From assembly GCA_016790395.1 (NCBI GenBank), contig JAEUPH010000122.1, positions 271-64,270 on the forward strand: a stretch of 64,000 bases of DNA. Reading direction: 5' to 3'. Source of the DNA: Rubrivivax sp. Its GTDB lineage: Bacteria > Pseudomonadota > Gammaproteobacteria > Burkholderiales > Burkholderiaceae_C. Below the pieces are notes generated by a model. The model ran no database searches. It was given only the letters and a program-made list of their open reading frames with translations, and had not been told where the DNA came from. Made by a program: the position numbers and the translations under genes. Positions 18,022-28,028 of this stretch are shown piece by piece (the first letter of the stretch is position 1; every line of letters starts with the position of its first letter).

Positions 18022-19677
18022 TCACTTCACCTGCATGGCACGCGGCGCCGGGTCGGGCTTGAGCCCGGGGTTCGCGGCCAGGTACTGCTCCAGCGCTTCC
18101 ACGTCCACGAGCCCCGCCACGCGGTCGGTGCCGTTGCGCAGCTCGTTGAAGTTGTCGCCGCCGTCGGCGACGAAGGAGTTCACGGTGACGCGGACCTTCT
18201 GCTCGGGCGTGATGGCGCGCCCGTCCAGCATCAGGCTCTCGGGCACGACGCGGTCGCCGGCCGGGCGCTTCAGGTCCCAGCGGTAGCTGAAGCCGCGGGA
18301 GGCGAACAGCGTGCTGCGCCGCGCCTCGAAGCCCTGGCGCTCCAGCACGCGCTTGAGCTGCGCGCCGGTGATCGTCATCGTCACCAGCTGGTTGGCGAAG
18401 GGCTGGACCGAAAAGACGTCGGCGTAGCTGATGGCCAGCTTGTCGGCGCCGCCCAGCGGCGCACGCACGCCGCCCTGGTTCATCAGCGCGATCTGTGCGC
18501 CGGCGCCCCTGCTGGCGGCCAGCTGCGCGTCGGCGATGAGCTTGCCGAGCTCGCTTTCGCCGTTGTCGTCGATGCGCGTGGTGAAGGGCGCGCCCAGCAC
18601 CGTCACCTGGCGGCCCGCCACCGGGCCCACGCGGCGCTCGTACTCGGCCAGGAAGGCGGTGAGCTTCGGGTCGCGCGGCAGGTCGGCCTTCACCACCAGG
18701 TTCTGCGCCTCGGCCTTCACCACGTCGCGGCTGCGCGGGTCGATCTGCAGGTCGATGCGCGTGAGCAGGGTGCCGTAGCTCTGCGCGCTGGTGACGACGC
18801 GGCCGTCGATGACGCAGTTGTAGGCGCGGTGCGTGTGTCCGCTGATGACCACGTCCACCGCCTTGTCCATGCGCTTGACCATCTCCACCAGCGCCGGGCT
18901 GACATCGCAGTCGTTGATGCCGCCGGTGGGGATGCCGCCTTCGTGCATCAGCACGACGAGGGCCTCCACGCCCTGCGCACGTAGCTCGGGCACGACGCGG
19001 TTGACGGCATCGGCCTCGTCGCTGAAGGCCAGCCCGGCCACGCCCGCGGGCACCACCACCGAGGGCGTGCCTTTCAGCGCGATGCCGATGAAGCCCACCG
19101 ACACCTCACCGAACTTCTTGATGAAGTAGGGCGGGAAGAAGGTCTTGCCGGTGGCCGTGACCACGGTGTTGGCCGACAGGTACTGGAAACGCGCGCCGGC
19201 AAAAGGCGCCGGGCCCTTGCAGCCGTCGGTGGGGTGGCAGCCGCCGTTCTGGCGGCGCTGCGCCTCGGCCGGGCCGCGGTCGAGCTCGTGGTTGCCCAGC
19301 GCCGAAGCCTCCAGGCCGAGCAGGTTCAGGGCCTCGATGGTGGGCTCGTCGTGGAAGGCCGAGCTCAGCAGCGGCGTGGCGCCCACCAGGTCGCCCGCGG
19401 CCACGAAGACGTGGTGCTTCTGGCCTTCGCGCTGCTGTGCCAGCAGCGTGGCCAGCTGGTCCACGCCGCCCGTGGGCACGGCCACCGTGCGGCCGGGATT
19501 GGCGGGGTCGGGCTGGCGCAGCGCGTTGGGCAGGGCCTTGAGGTTGCCGTGGTAGTCGTTGAGAGCCAGCACCCGCACCTGGACGGGCGCCGGCGGCGGC
19601 AGCGGGGTGGTGGAGCAGCCGGCCAGCAGGGCCGCCAGCAGCAGGCCCGGCAAGGGGCGGCGCACGGACAGGTTCAT
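18022..19677 (-). CDS. Bifunctional metallophosphatase/5'-nucleotidase lipoprotein
   Basis: LAGC lipobox, NDYHG, AGDLVG, GNHE, SGHTH and NQGGVR. Confidence 0.9.
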   Translation of the reverse strand: MNLSVRRPLPGLLLAALLAGCSTTPLPPPAPVQVRVLALNDYHGNLKALPNALRQPDPANPGRTVAVPTGGVDQLATLLAQQREGQKHHVFVAAGDLVGATPLLSSAFHDEPTIEALNLLGLEASALGNHELDRGPAEAQRRQNGGCHPTDGCKGPAPFAGARFQYLSANTVVTATGKTFFPPYFIKKFGEVSVGFIGIALKGTPSVVVPAGVAGLAFSDEADAVNRVVPELRAQGVEALVVLMHEGGIPTGGINDCDVSPALVEMVKRMDKAVDVVISGHTHRAYNCVIDGRVVTSAQSYGTLLTRIDLQIDPRSRDVVKAEAQNLVVKADLPRDPKLTAFLAEYERRVGPVAGRQVTVLGAPFTTRIDDNGESELGKLIADAQLAASRGAGAQIALMNQGGVRAPLGGADKLAISYADVFSVQPFANQLVTMTITGAQLKRVLERQGFEARRSTLFASRGFSYRWDLKRPAGDRVVPESLMLDGRAITPEQKVRVTVNSFVADGGDNFNELRNGTDRVAGLVDVEALEQYLAANPGLKPDPAPRAMQVK

Positions 19678-19681
19678 GGCA

Positions 19682-21322
19682 TCACTTTCGGATGACGGCG
19701 TCGCCGGGTTCGAAGTCGGCGGGCCGCAGCGGGCTGTTGCGCGCGACGAACTCGCGCAGCACTTCCACGTCCACCAGGCCGGTGTTGACGTGGCCGGGGT
19801 GCTGGTCCAGCCGCGGGTAGCCGTCGCCGCCGGTGGCGGTGAAGTTGTTGATGGCCAGCAGGTAGCTGGCCTGCGGGTCGATGGGCCGGCCGTTGACCTC
19901 GGCCAGCTCCAGCTCGCCGGCCACGATGCGCAGGCGCACGCCCGCGGTCTGCGCGAAGCCACCGGCACCGGGCGTCATCTTCGCGGCGGCGCGCAGGAAG
20001 CCCAGCAGCTCCTCGCCCGACAGGCGCACCACGCTGATCGTGTTGCCGAAGGGCTGCACCTTGAGCAGGTCGCGGTAGGTCAGCGGGCCGGCGGGCAGGG
20101 AGTCGCGGATGCCGCCGCTGTTCATCAGCGCGAGGTCGGCGCCGGTGCGGGAGCGCATGGCGCGGGCCAGCAGCGTGCCCAGCGTGGTGGGCTGCCGGCG
20201 CACGCGGTCGCGGTCGCCGTCGAGCACGCCTTCGGCGCTGCCCACGGGCACGAGCAGGCGCGACTGGCCGATGTCCTGGTAGGGCTTGAGGAAACCCTGC
20301 ATCGCGGCGTCTTCGGGCACGCGCTCGCCAGCCAGCACCGGCTTGCCGTCGGCACCCCTGCGCAGCAGGTTGACGGGGATGAGCTGGTAGCGCACGAGTT
20401 CAACCCTGCCGGCGCTGACTTCGAAGTCCGCGCGCCCCACGTACTTGCCCCACTCGTGCGCCTGCACGATCCAGGTGCCGTTCTGGCGGTCGGGCGCGCA
20501 GGGCTCGCCCGGCACGTAGGACGGGTTGCGCCGGTTCTCGGCGAGCATGCACACCGGGTTCTGGCTGTGGCCGCCGACGATGAGGTCCGGGCCCTGGCCC
20601 GGGGGCAGGGCCCTGGCCATCTCCACGTCGCCCGGCGCGTTGACGCCACGGCTGCCGTTCGGGTAGTGGCCCATGTGGGTCACGGCGATCACCATGTCGG
20701 CGCGGGCGCGCAGTTCGGGCAGCAGCCTGGCGGCTTCGTCGATCGGCTTCCTGAACTCGATGCCTTCCACGTGGGCCGGCAGCACCATCTTCGCGGTGTC
20801 GTCCGTGGTCAGGCCCATCACGGCGATGCGATACCCGCCGCGCTCGAACACCGTGTAGGGCGGGAACATGCGCTGCAGGCCCTGCGGCGTGCGCTGGTAG
20901 ATGTTGGCCGAGAGCAGGGGGAACTTCGCCCATTGCCGCTGCCGGGCCAGCACGGCGGGCGGCTTGTCGAACTCGTGGTTGCCCACCGCCATGGCGTCGA
21001 TGCCCAGCCGGTTCATGCCCAGGAAGTCGGGCTCGGCGTCCTGCAGGTCGGACTCCGGCACGCCGGTGTTGACGTCGCCGCCGTCCAGGAACAGCACGTG
21101 CCCGCCGGCGGCCGCCACTTCGGCGCGCACGCGGTCGACGATGGTCTTGCGCGCGGCCATGCCGTACTCGCCCTGCGCGTTGGGCCAGAAGCGGCCGTGG
21201 TGGTCGTTGGTGTGCAGGATGGTCAGCTTCAGCGGCGCTCTGGCCGGCGGCGGTGGCGCGGGCGACGTGGCGCAGCCGGCCAGCAGCGTCGCCGCAGCCA
21301 GGAGGGTCAGTGCAGTCCGCAT
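19682..21322 (-). CDS. ushA: UDP-sugar hydrolase/5'-nucleotidase UshA (lipoprotein form)
   Basis: HTNDHHGRFW, GGDVNTGVPESDLQDAEPDF, GNHEFD, GGHSQNPVC and QAHEWGKYVG. Confidence 0.9.
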   Translation of the reverse strand: MRTALTLLAAATLLAGCATSPAPPPPARAPLKLTILHTNDHHGRFWPNAQGEYGMAARKTIVDRVRAEVAAAGGHVLFLDGGDVNTGVPESDLQDAEPDFLGMNRLGIDAMAVGNHEFDKPPAVLARQRQWAKFPLLSANIYQRTPQGLQRMFPPYTVFERGGYRIAVMGLTTDDTAKMVLPAHVEGIEFRKPIDEAARLLPELRARADMVIAVTHMGHYPNGSRGVNAPGDVEMARALPPGQGPDLIVGGHSQNPVCMLAENRRNPSYVPGEPCAPDRQNGTWIVQAHEWGKYVGRADFEVSAGRVELVRYQLIPVNLLRRGADGKPVLAGERVPEDAAMQGFLKPYQDIGQSRLLVPVGSAEGVLDGDRDRVRRQPTTLGTLLARAMRSRTGADLALMNSGGIRDSLPAGPLTYRDLLKVQPFGNTISVVRLSGEELLGFLRAAAKMTPGAGGFAQTAGVRLRIVAGELELAEVNGRPIDPQASYLLAINNFTATGGDGYPRLDQHPGHVNTGLVDVEVLREFVARNSPLRPADFEPGDAVIRK

Positions 21323-21323
21323 C

Positions 21324-22076
21324 TCAGTAGCCCGTCTTCGCGGCCTCGGGGCGTGCGGTGCCGCCGAGCACGGCCTGGATGTCGTTCAGCAGCCCGCTGG
21401 CGCCGAAGCGGAAGCGCTGCGGCACCAGCGCCGCGTCGCCCAGGGCGCGGCGCGTGAGCTCGATGTAGACCGCTGCGTCGGCCACCGTGCGGATGCCGCC
21501 CGAGGGCTTGAAGCCGACGCGCCCGCGCGCCTCGGCGCGGTTCGCGATGGCGCCCAGCAGCGCGCGCGCGGCCTCGGGCGAGGCGCTCTTCGGTGTCTTG
21601 CCGGTGCTGGTCTTGAGAAAGTCGGCGCCGTTGTCCAGCGCGATGCGGCAGGCCTGCGCGATGCGCGCCTCGTCCACCAGCTCGCCGGTCTCGAGGATGA
21701 CCTTCAGCGTCAGCCCTTCGCAGGCGCGGCGCACGGCGTTCAGCAGCGCCGGCGCATGGGCGAAGTCGCGGTAGGGGAACACCACGTCCACCTCCTGCGC
21801 GCCGGCGTGCACGATGTCTTCGGTGTCGCGCACGGCGCGGCGCAGGTCGCGGCTGCCGTCGGGGAAGTTGGCGACGGCGGCGACGCGGATGTGCGCCGGC
21901 AGCTGCGCGCGCGCATGCGCGGCCAGGCGCGGCCACACGCACACCGCGGCCACGGGCCCGTGCGGGCCCTGCGCCTTGGCACAGAGCTGGTCGATGTCGG
22001 CTTCGGTGTCGGCGTCGTTCAGGCTGGTGAGGTCCAGGCAGGCGAGCGCGATGCGTGCGGTGGCGATGGCATCCAT
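21324..22076 (-). CDS. deoC: Deoxyribose-phosphate aldolase
   Basis: LDLTSLN, LKVILETGEL, FLKTSTGK, GFKPSGGI and RFGASGLL. Confidence 0.93.
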   Translation of the reverse strand: MDAIATARIALACLDLTSLNDADTEADIDQLCAKAQGPHGPVAAVCVWPRLAAHARAQLPAHIRVAAVANFPDGSRDLRRAVRDTEDIVHAGAQEVDVVFPYRDFAHAPALLNAVRRACEGLTLKVILETGELVDEARIAQACRIALDNGADFLKTSTGKTPKSASPEAARALLGAIANRAEARGRVGFKPSGGIRTVADAAVYIELTRRALGDAALVPQRFRFGASGLLNDIQAVLGGTARPEAAKTGY

Positions 22077-22078
22077 GT

Positions 22079-22891
22079 TCAAAGCTCCAGCGACTGCACC
22101 ACCGCGGCCAGCGTGGCCACGGCGCGTTCGCTGGCCGCGTTGGCGGTGGCCAGCGTGTGCGCGTGGCTCAGCGTTTCCTTCTCCATGCCGGCGGCCATGT
22201 TGGTCATCATGGACAGCGCCAGCACCTTCATCCCGGCATGGCGGGCGATGATGGTCTCGGGCACGGTGCTCATGCCCACGGCCTGCGCACCGAAGGCCTG
22301 GAACATGCGGATCTCCGCCGGCGTCTCGAACTGCGGCCCCAACACCCAGGCGTAGATGCCTTCGTGCAGCTGCGTGCCCACGGCCGCGGCCGCGGCGCGG
22401 GCCTGCTGGCGCAGCGCGGGGGTGTAGGCGTCGGACATGTCGCAGAAGCGCCCGTCGCCCGGCTCGCCGATCAAGGGCGAGCGCTGCACGAGGTTGATGT
22501 GGTCGCTGATCAGCATCAGCTCACCCGGGCGCATGGTGGCGTCCATGCTGCCGGCGGCGTTGGTCTGCAGCAGCAGCTTCACGCCCCAAGCGGCCAGCGT
22601 GCGGATGGCGCCCAGCATGCCGGTGGCCTCGCCGGTCTCGTACGCATGCTTGCGGCCGGCCAGCACCGCCACGCGGCGCGTGCCCACGGTCCCGGCACGC
22701 ACCAGGCCCTTGTGCCCGCCCACGCCGAGCGCGGGGAAGGCCGGCAGCTCGGCATAGGGCACGTCCACGGCGCCCTGCACCTGCTCGGCAAAGGGCCCCC
22801 AGCCGCTGCCCAGCAGCACGGCGATGTCGGGCGCCGGGCCGAGGCGGGCCGCCAAGGTGGAGGCGGATTGAGCGATGTCGTTCTTGTTCAT
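22079..22891 (-). CDS. Purine-nucleoside phosphorylase (trimeric PNP-I, XapA/PunA type)
   Basis: LLGSGW, GRKHAYE, TNAAG, GPQFETPAE and VGMSTVPE. Confidence 0.9.
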   Translation of the reverse strand: MNKNDIAQSASTLAARLGPAPDIAVLLGSGWGPFAEQVQGAVDVPYAELPAFPALGVGGHKGLVRAGTVGTRRVAVLAGRKHAYETGEATGMLGAIRTLAAWGVKLLLQTNAAGSMDATMRPGELMLISDHINLVQRSPLIGEPGDGRFCDMSDAYTPALRQQARAAAAAVGTQLHEGIYAWVLGPQFETPAEIRMFQAFGAQAVGMSTVPETIIARHAGMKVLALSMMTNMAAGMEKETLSHAHTLATANAASERAVATLAAVVQSLEL

Positions 22892-23289
22892 GGTTCCAGG
22901 TGTTGGGGGCCGAAGCCGTGCGGCAGCAGTTCGCCGAGCGTGTACGTGCCGCGTTGCGTGCTCATGTCCGCCACCCAGACGGGGCAGTCGTCGGCCGCGA
23001 ACTCGCGCAGCTTCTGGCGGCAGCCGCCGCAGGGCGTGACGGGCTCGGGCGCTTCCGCGCACACGGCCACCGCCATGATGCGCCGGCCGCCGGCCAGCAC
23101 CATGGCCGCGATGGCCGAGGCCTCGGCGCACCAGCCTTGCGGGTAGGCCGCGTTCTCCACGTTGCAGCCGGCGTGGATGCGCCCCTGCTCGTCCAGCACC
23201 GCGGCGCCGACGGCGAACTTCGAGTAGGGCGCGTAGGCCGCCGCGCGCGCGGCCCGCGCCGCGGCAATGAGTTCAGCGCTCCTTGACAT
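22888..23289 (-). CDS. cdd: Cytidine deaminase (homotetrameric type)
   Basis: AYAPYSKFAVGAA, GCNVENAAY, CAE and PCGGCRQ. Confidence 0.93.
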   Translation of the reverse strand: MSRSAELIAAARAARAAAYAPYSKFAVGAAVLDEQGRIHAGCNVENAAYPQGWCAEASAIAAMVLAGGRRIMAVAVCAEAPEPVTPCGGCRQKLREFAADDCPVWVADMSTQRGTYTLGELLPHGFGPQHLEP

Positions 23290-24250
23290 AGGGCCTTCCC
23301 AGCGCTGCGGGCGCCACGCTCTTGCCGATGAAGCCGGCCAGCAGCACCACCGTCAGCAGGTAGGGCAGGGCCTGGATGAACTGCACCGGCACGGCGCCCC
23401 CGCCCAGGGCAGCCGGCAGCTCCACGCCCTGCAGCCGGATGGACACCGCGTCCAGGAAGCCGAACAGCAGGCAGGCCAGCAGCGCGCCCACCGGGTGCCA
23501 CTTGCCGAAGATCAGCGCCGCCAGCGCCATGTAGCCGCGACCGGCCGTCATGTTCGGAATGAAGCTCGGGTTCTGCGCCAGCACGAGGTAGCTGCCGGCC
23601 AGGGCCGACAGCACGCCGTTGAGCGCCAGGGCTTGGTAGCGCAGCGCCTTCACGCCCACGCCGGCGGCGTCCACCATGGTCGGGTTCTCGCCCGCGGCGC
23701 GCAGGCGCAGCCCGAAGCGCGTCTGGTACAGCAGCCACCACACGCCGGCCACGGCGGCCAGCGAGCCGTAGACCATGAGGTTGTGGCCGAACAGCGCCAG
23801 GCCGATCGTGGGCCCGATGAACGGGATCTTCGCCACCAGCTCGCCGGCGCCGACGAACCAGCGGTCCAGCCGCACGGCCTCAGGCACCGGCGGCGTCTGC
23901 CCGCCCTGCGCGAACCAGGCGATGCCCAGCACCACGGTCAGGCCGGCGGCCGTCATCGTGATGGCCATGCCCAGCACGACCTGGTCGCCGCGGTGCGTGA
24001 CGCAGGCGTAGCCGTGCAGCATCGACAAGGCCACGCCCACCGCGATGGCCACCACCAGCGCGGCCAGCAGCGAGCCGCTGGCCACGCCCACCGCGGCGGT
24101 GGCGAAGGCCGTCATCAGCATCTTGCCTTCCAGGCCGAGGTCGATGACGCCCGAGCGTTCGCACAGCACGCCGGCCAGCGCGCACAGGATCAGCGGCACC
24201 GACACGCGCAGCGTGCTGGCCACCAGCGTGCCAACGAACACCTCATCCAC
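23273..24250 (-). CDS. Nucleoside ABC transporter permease
   Basis: ERSGVIDLGLEG and GRGYMALAALIFGKW. Confidence 0.9.
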   Translation of the reverse strand: MDEVFVGTLVASTLRVSVPLILCALAGVLCERSGVIDLGLEGKMLMTAFATAAVGVASGSLLAALVVAIAVGVALSMLHGYACVTHRGDQVVLGMAITMTAAGLTVVLGIAWFAQGGQTPPVPEAVRLDRWFVGAGELVAKIPFIGPTIGLALFGHNLMVYGSLAAVAGVWWLLYQTRFGLRLRAAGENPTMVDAAGVGVKALRYQALALNGVLSALAGSYLVLAQNPSFIPNMTAGRGYMALAALIFGKWHPVGALLACLLFGFLDAVSIRLQGVELPAALGGGAVPVQFIQALPYLLTVVLLAGFIGKSVAPAALGRPYVKER

Positions 24251-25370
24251 GGGCGGCCTCCTCCTTCACGCGGCCACCGCCCGCGGCCTTCCAGGCCTTG
24301 AAGAGCAGCGGCGCCGCCACCTGCGCCATGGCGCCGGCGAAGAGCACGATCAGGCCTTGCAGCATGAACACCATCTCGCGGCTGAAGCCGTTGATCTCGA
24401 AGGCCAGCTCGGAGCCGCCCTGGTACAGCGCACCGAAGAGGATGGACGCCAGCACGATGCCGAAGGGGTGGTTGCGCCCGATCAGGCTGACGGCGATGCC
24501 GGCGAAGCCCGCGCCGGCCACGAAGTCGGGCAGCAGCCGACCGTGCACGCCGGCGATCTCGTTCACGCCCACCAGGCCCGCGAAGGCGCCGGAGGCGGCC
24601 ATCGACAGCACGATCAAGCGCTGCGGCTTGATGCCCGCGTAGACCGCGGCATCGGGCGCGAAGCCGACGGCGCGCAGCGCGTAGCCGCCACGCGTCTTCC
24701 ACACCGCCAGCCAGACGATCACGACGGCGGCCATGGCGATCAGCAGCGTCGCGTTCAGCGGCGTGCGCGGCCATTCGATGCCCAAGGCGCCGATCCACTC
24801 GTGCAGCCCCGGCATGCGCGCCGAGTCGGCGAAGGCGCGGCTCTCGGGCGTCATGTTGCCGGGCTCCTTGAGCTGGTTCACCAGCAGGTAGCCCAGCAGC
24901 GCCGACGCGATGAAGTTGAACATGATCGTGGTGATCACGGTGTGGCTGCCACGCCAGGCTTGCAGCGCACCGGGAATGGCCGCCCACAGGCCACCGAAGA
25001 GTGCGGCGGCCAGCACCATCAGCGGCAGCATCAGCGCGGCGGGCAGGTGCTCGCTGAACGCCAGCGCCGCGAGGCCGGCGCCGAGGCCGCCCATGATGGC
25101 CTGGCCCTCGCCGCCGATGTTGAAGAGGCCACCATGGAAAGCCACCGCGACGGCCAAGCCGGTGAAGATGAAGGTGGTGGCGTAGTAGAGCGTGTAGCTG
25201 ATGCCGGCCTTGCTGCCGAAGGCGCCCTTGATGAGCAGCGCGAGCACCTGGCCGGGTTGGAAGCCGACGAGCGCGACGACGATGCCGGCGACGAGCAACG
25301 CCACGGCGAGGTTCACCGCGGGGAGCAGCGCGACGTCCATCCAGCGCGGGAGTTCGACGGGTTGGCTCAT
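24243..25370 (-). CDS. Nucleoside ABC transporter permease
   Basis: FNIGGEGQ, VITTIMFNF and GRNHPFG. Confidence 0.9.
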   Translation of the reverse strand: MSQPVELPRWMDVALLPAVNLAVALLVAGIVVALVGFQPGQVLALLIKGAFGSKAGISYTLYYATTFIFTGLAVAVAFHGGLFNIGGEGQAIMGGLGAGLAALAFSEHLPAALMLPLMVLAAALFGGLWAAIPGALQAWRGSHTVITTIMFNFIASALLGYLLVNQLKEPGNMTPESRAFADSARMPGLHEWIGALGIEWPRTPLNATLLIAMAAVVIVWLAVWKTRGGYALRAVGFAPDAAVYAGIKPQRLIVLSMAASGAFAGLVGVNEIAGVHGRLLPDFVAGAGFAGIAVSLIGRNHPFGIVLASILFGALYQGGSELAFEINGFSREMVFMLQGLIVLFAGAMAQVAAPLLFKAWKAAGGGRVKEEAARG

Positions 25371-25372
25371 GC

Positions 25373-26932
25373 TCAATGCGCCCCCGCCATCAGGCGCCCA
25401 AGTGCGGTTTCCGAGCACTGCTCGATCGGCAACTCCCCCGTGATCCGCCCGGCGTTCATCACGACGACCCGATCCGCCAACGCCAGGATTTCATCCAGCT
25501 CCGAAGACACCACCAGCACCGCCCCGCCCGCATCGCGCATCGCGCGCAGCCGGCCATGGATGAACTCGATCGCGCCGATGTCCACGCCGCGCGTCGGCTG
25601 CCCCACCAGCAGCACCTGCGGCTCCGTGGCGAAGAACTGTGCCTCGCGCGCCAGCACCAGCTTCTGCTGGTTGCCGCCGCTGAACTTGCTGGAACGCAGC
25701 TGCTTGTTGCGCGGCCGCACGTCGTAGCGTTCCATCATCAGCTCGGTGTCGTCCTGCATCGCGCCTTGGCGCATCCAGCCCACCGGGCCGCCGCCGTAGC
25801 GCGCGCGCTGCTGGTAACCCAACGTGGCCGACTCCCAGGCCGGGAAGGGCAGCACCATGCCGCGGCGGTGTCGGTCTTCGGGCACGTGGGCCAGGCGCAG
25901 TTCGCGCGCGCGCTGCGGGTCCAGCCAGCGCGTGGCGTCGAAGGTGGCCGGGCCCAGCGTGAGCTCGCCGCTGGCCGGCGCCATCAGGCCCGACAGCACG
26001 TCCAGCAGCTCGGACTGGCCGTTGCCGGACACGCCGGCCACGCCGACGATCTCGCCGGTGCGCAGCGTCAGCGACACGTCGATGAGCCGCGCCACGCCCA
26101 GTGCATCGGTCCAGTTCAGGTTTCGCGCCTGCATCAGCACCGCGCCCAGGCCGGCCTGGCTGCCGTTGATGGCGCCGCGGCCCAGGTTCACGCGGCGGCC
26201 GACCATGGCCTCGGCCAGGCCGTCGAGGCTGGTGTCGGCGATGGCGCAGTCCAGCACCACCTGGCCGCCGCGCATCACCGTCACGGCGTCGCACAGGGCC
26301 ATGATCTCCTTCAGCTTGTGCGTGATCAGCAGCACCGTGGTGCCGCGTTCGCGCAGCGCGCGCAGCGTCACGAAGAGCTGTTCGGTTTCCTGTGGTGTCA
26401 GTACCGCGGTGGGCTCGTCGAGGATCAGGATGCGCGCGCCGCGGAACAGGGCCTTCAGGATCTCCAGACGCTGGCGTTCCCCCACCGGCAGGTCGGCCAC
26501 GAGGGCATCGAGGTTCACCTGCAGGCCGGTGTCGCGCATCAGCGCTTCCAGTTCGCCGCGCACCTGGGCGCGCGCCGGGCGCAGGCGGAAGCCGGGTTCG
26601 GCGCCCAGCATCACGTTGTCCAGCGCGCTGAGCGTGTCCACCAGCATGAAGTGCTGGTGGACCATGCCGATGCCCAGGGCGATGGCTTCGCGCGAGCCGC
26701 TGATCTTCGCGGCCTTGCCCTCGATGAGGATCTCGCCCCCGTCGGCCTGGTAGAAGCCGTAGAGGATGGACATCAGCGTGCTCTTGCCCGCGCCGTTCTC
26801 GCCCACGATGCCGTGCACCGTGCCGGCCGCCACGGTGAGGTGCACGTCGCGGTTGGCGTGCACCGCGCCGAAGCGCTTCTCGATGTGGCGCATCGCCACT
26901 GCGGGTGGCGAACCTGCAGCGGCTCCCGGCAT
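25373..26932 (-). CDS. Nucleoside ABC transporter ATP-binding protein (CUT2)
   Basis: GENGAGKS, ILDEPT, FSGGNQQK and QPTRGVD. Confidence 0.93.
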   Translation of the reverse strand: MPGAAAGSPPAVAMRHIEKRFGAVHANRDVHLTVAAGTVHGIVGENGAGKSTLMSILYGFYQADGGEILIEGKAAKISGSREAIALGIGMVHQHFMLVDTLSALDNVMLGAEPGFRLRPARAQVRGELEALMRDTGLQVNLDALVADLPVGERQRLEILKALFRGARILILDEPTAVLTPQETEQLFVTLRALRERGTTVLLITHKLKEIMALCDAVTVMRGGQVVLDCAIADTSLDGLAEAMVGRRVNLGRGAINGSQAGLGAVLMQARNLNWTDALGVARLIDVSLTLRTGEIVGVAGVSGNGQSELLDVLSGLMAPASGELTLGPATFDATRWLDPQRARELRLAHVPEDRHRRGMVLPFPAWESATLGYQQRARYGGGPVGWMRQGAMQDDTELMMERYDVRPRNKQLRSSKFSGGNQQKLVLAREAQFFATEPQVLLVGQPTRGVDIGAIEFIHGRLRAMRDAGGAVLVVSSELDEILALADRVVVMNAGRITGELPIEQCSETALGRLMAGAH

Positions 26933-27909
26933 CACTTGCAGGTGCCGTTCGCCATGAAGTCGATGACCTTGATCTTGCCGGCGATGATGTCGGCCTTGGC
27001 GGCCTCGACCTTCTTCTTCATGTCGGCGGTGATCAGTTTCTCGTTGTGCTGGTCCAGCGCGTAGTCCACGCCGCCTTCCTTCAGGCCCAGCGAGGTGCTG
27101 CCGGGCTTCACCGCCTTGAAGGCCTGGTAGACGGCCACGTCCACGCGCTTGACCATGCTGGTGAGCATGGTGCCGGGCTGCACGTGGTTCTGGTTGCTGT
27201 CCACGCCGATGGCGTACTTCTTCGCGTCCTTGGCGGCCTGGTACACGCCGATGCCGGTGCCGCCCGCGGCAGCGAAGACCACGTCCACGCCGCCGGCGAA
27301 CTGCGCCTTGGCCAGCTCCGCGCCGCGCGCCGGGTCGTTCCACGCCGTGGGCGTGGTGCCGGTCATGTTGCCGGCGACCTCGATCTTCGGGTTGGCGTAC
27401 CTGGCACCCTGCTCGAAGCCGCACTGGAAGCGTCGGATCAGCGGGATGTCCATGCCGCCGATGAAGCCCACCTTGCCGCTCTTGCTGGCCATGGCCGCCA
27501 GCACGCCCACCAGGAAGCTGCCTTCGTGTTCCTTGAAGGTGATGCTCTGCACGTTGGGCTGCTTCACCTCGGCGTCGATGACGACGAACTTGAGCTTGGG
27601 GAAGTCGCGCGAGACCTTGTCGATGGCGCTGCCCTGGCTGAAGCCGATGCCGATGATGGGGTCGGCGCCACGTTCGGCCATGCGCCGCAGCGCCTGCTCG
27701 CGCTGCGCCGGGTTGCTGATCTCGAACTCGAGATAGGTCTTGCCCGACTCCTTCTTCCAGCGCTCGGCGCCTTCGTAGCCGGCCTGGTTGAAGCTCTTGT
27801 CGAACTTGCCGCCCATGTCGAAGATGACGGCGGGGTCGGCGTGCGCGGCGCCTGCGGCCAGCGAGAACAGGACCGGAAGGAGGGCCTGCGACAGGGGCTT
27901 GAAGGGCAT
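26932..27909 (-). CDS. BMP family nucleoside-binding periplasmic protein
   Basis: Signal peptide, GGKFDKSFN, FKEHEGSFLVG, IGVDSNQ and TSMVKRVD. Confidence 0.92.
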   Translation of the reverse strand: MPFKPLSQALLPVLFSLAAGAAHADPAVIFDMGGKFDKSFNQAGYEGAERWKKESGKTYLEFEISNPAQREQALRRMAERGADPIIGIGFSQGSAIDKVSRDFPKLKFVVIDAEVKQPNVQSITFKEHEGSFLVGVLAAMASKSGKVGFIGGMDIPLIRRFQCGFEQGARYANPKIEVAGNMTGTTPTAWNDPARGAELAKAQFAGGVDVVFAAAGGTGIGVYQAAKDAKKYAIGVDSNQNHVQPGTMLTSMVKRVDVAVYQAFKAVKPGSTSLGLKEGGVDYALDQHNEKLITADMKKKVEAAKADIIAGKIKVIDFMANGTCK

Positions 27910-28028
27910 GGTGTGGGCGGGTCTGACGGGGTGGGGCAGGATAGCAAGAGTCACGCCGTGTTTTCCTCCCGGATGACCCCCGCGCGCGCGGGCCCGGCCT
28001 GCGGCACGCATCTCGCTAGCATCCCGCC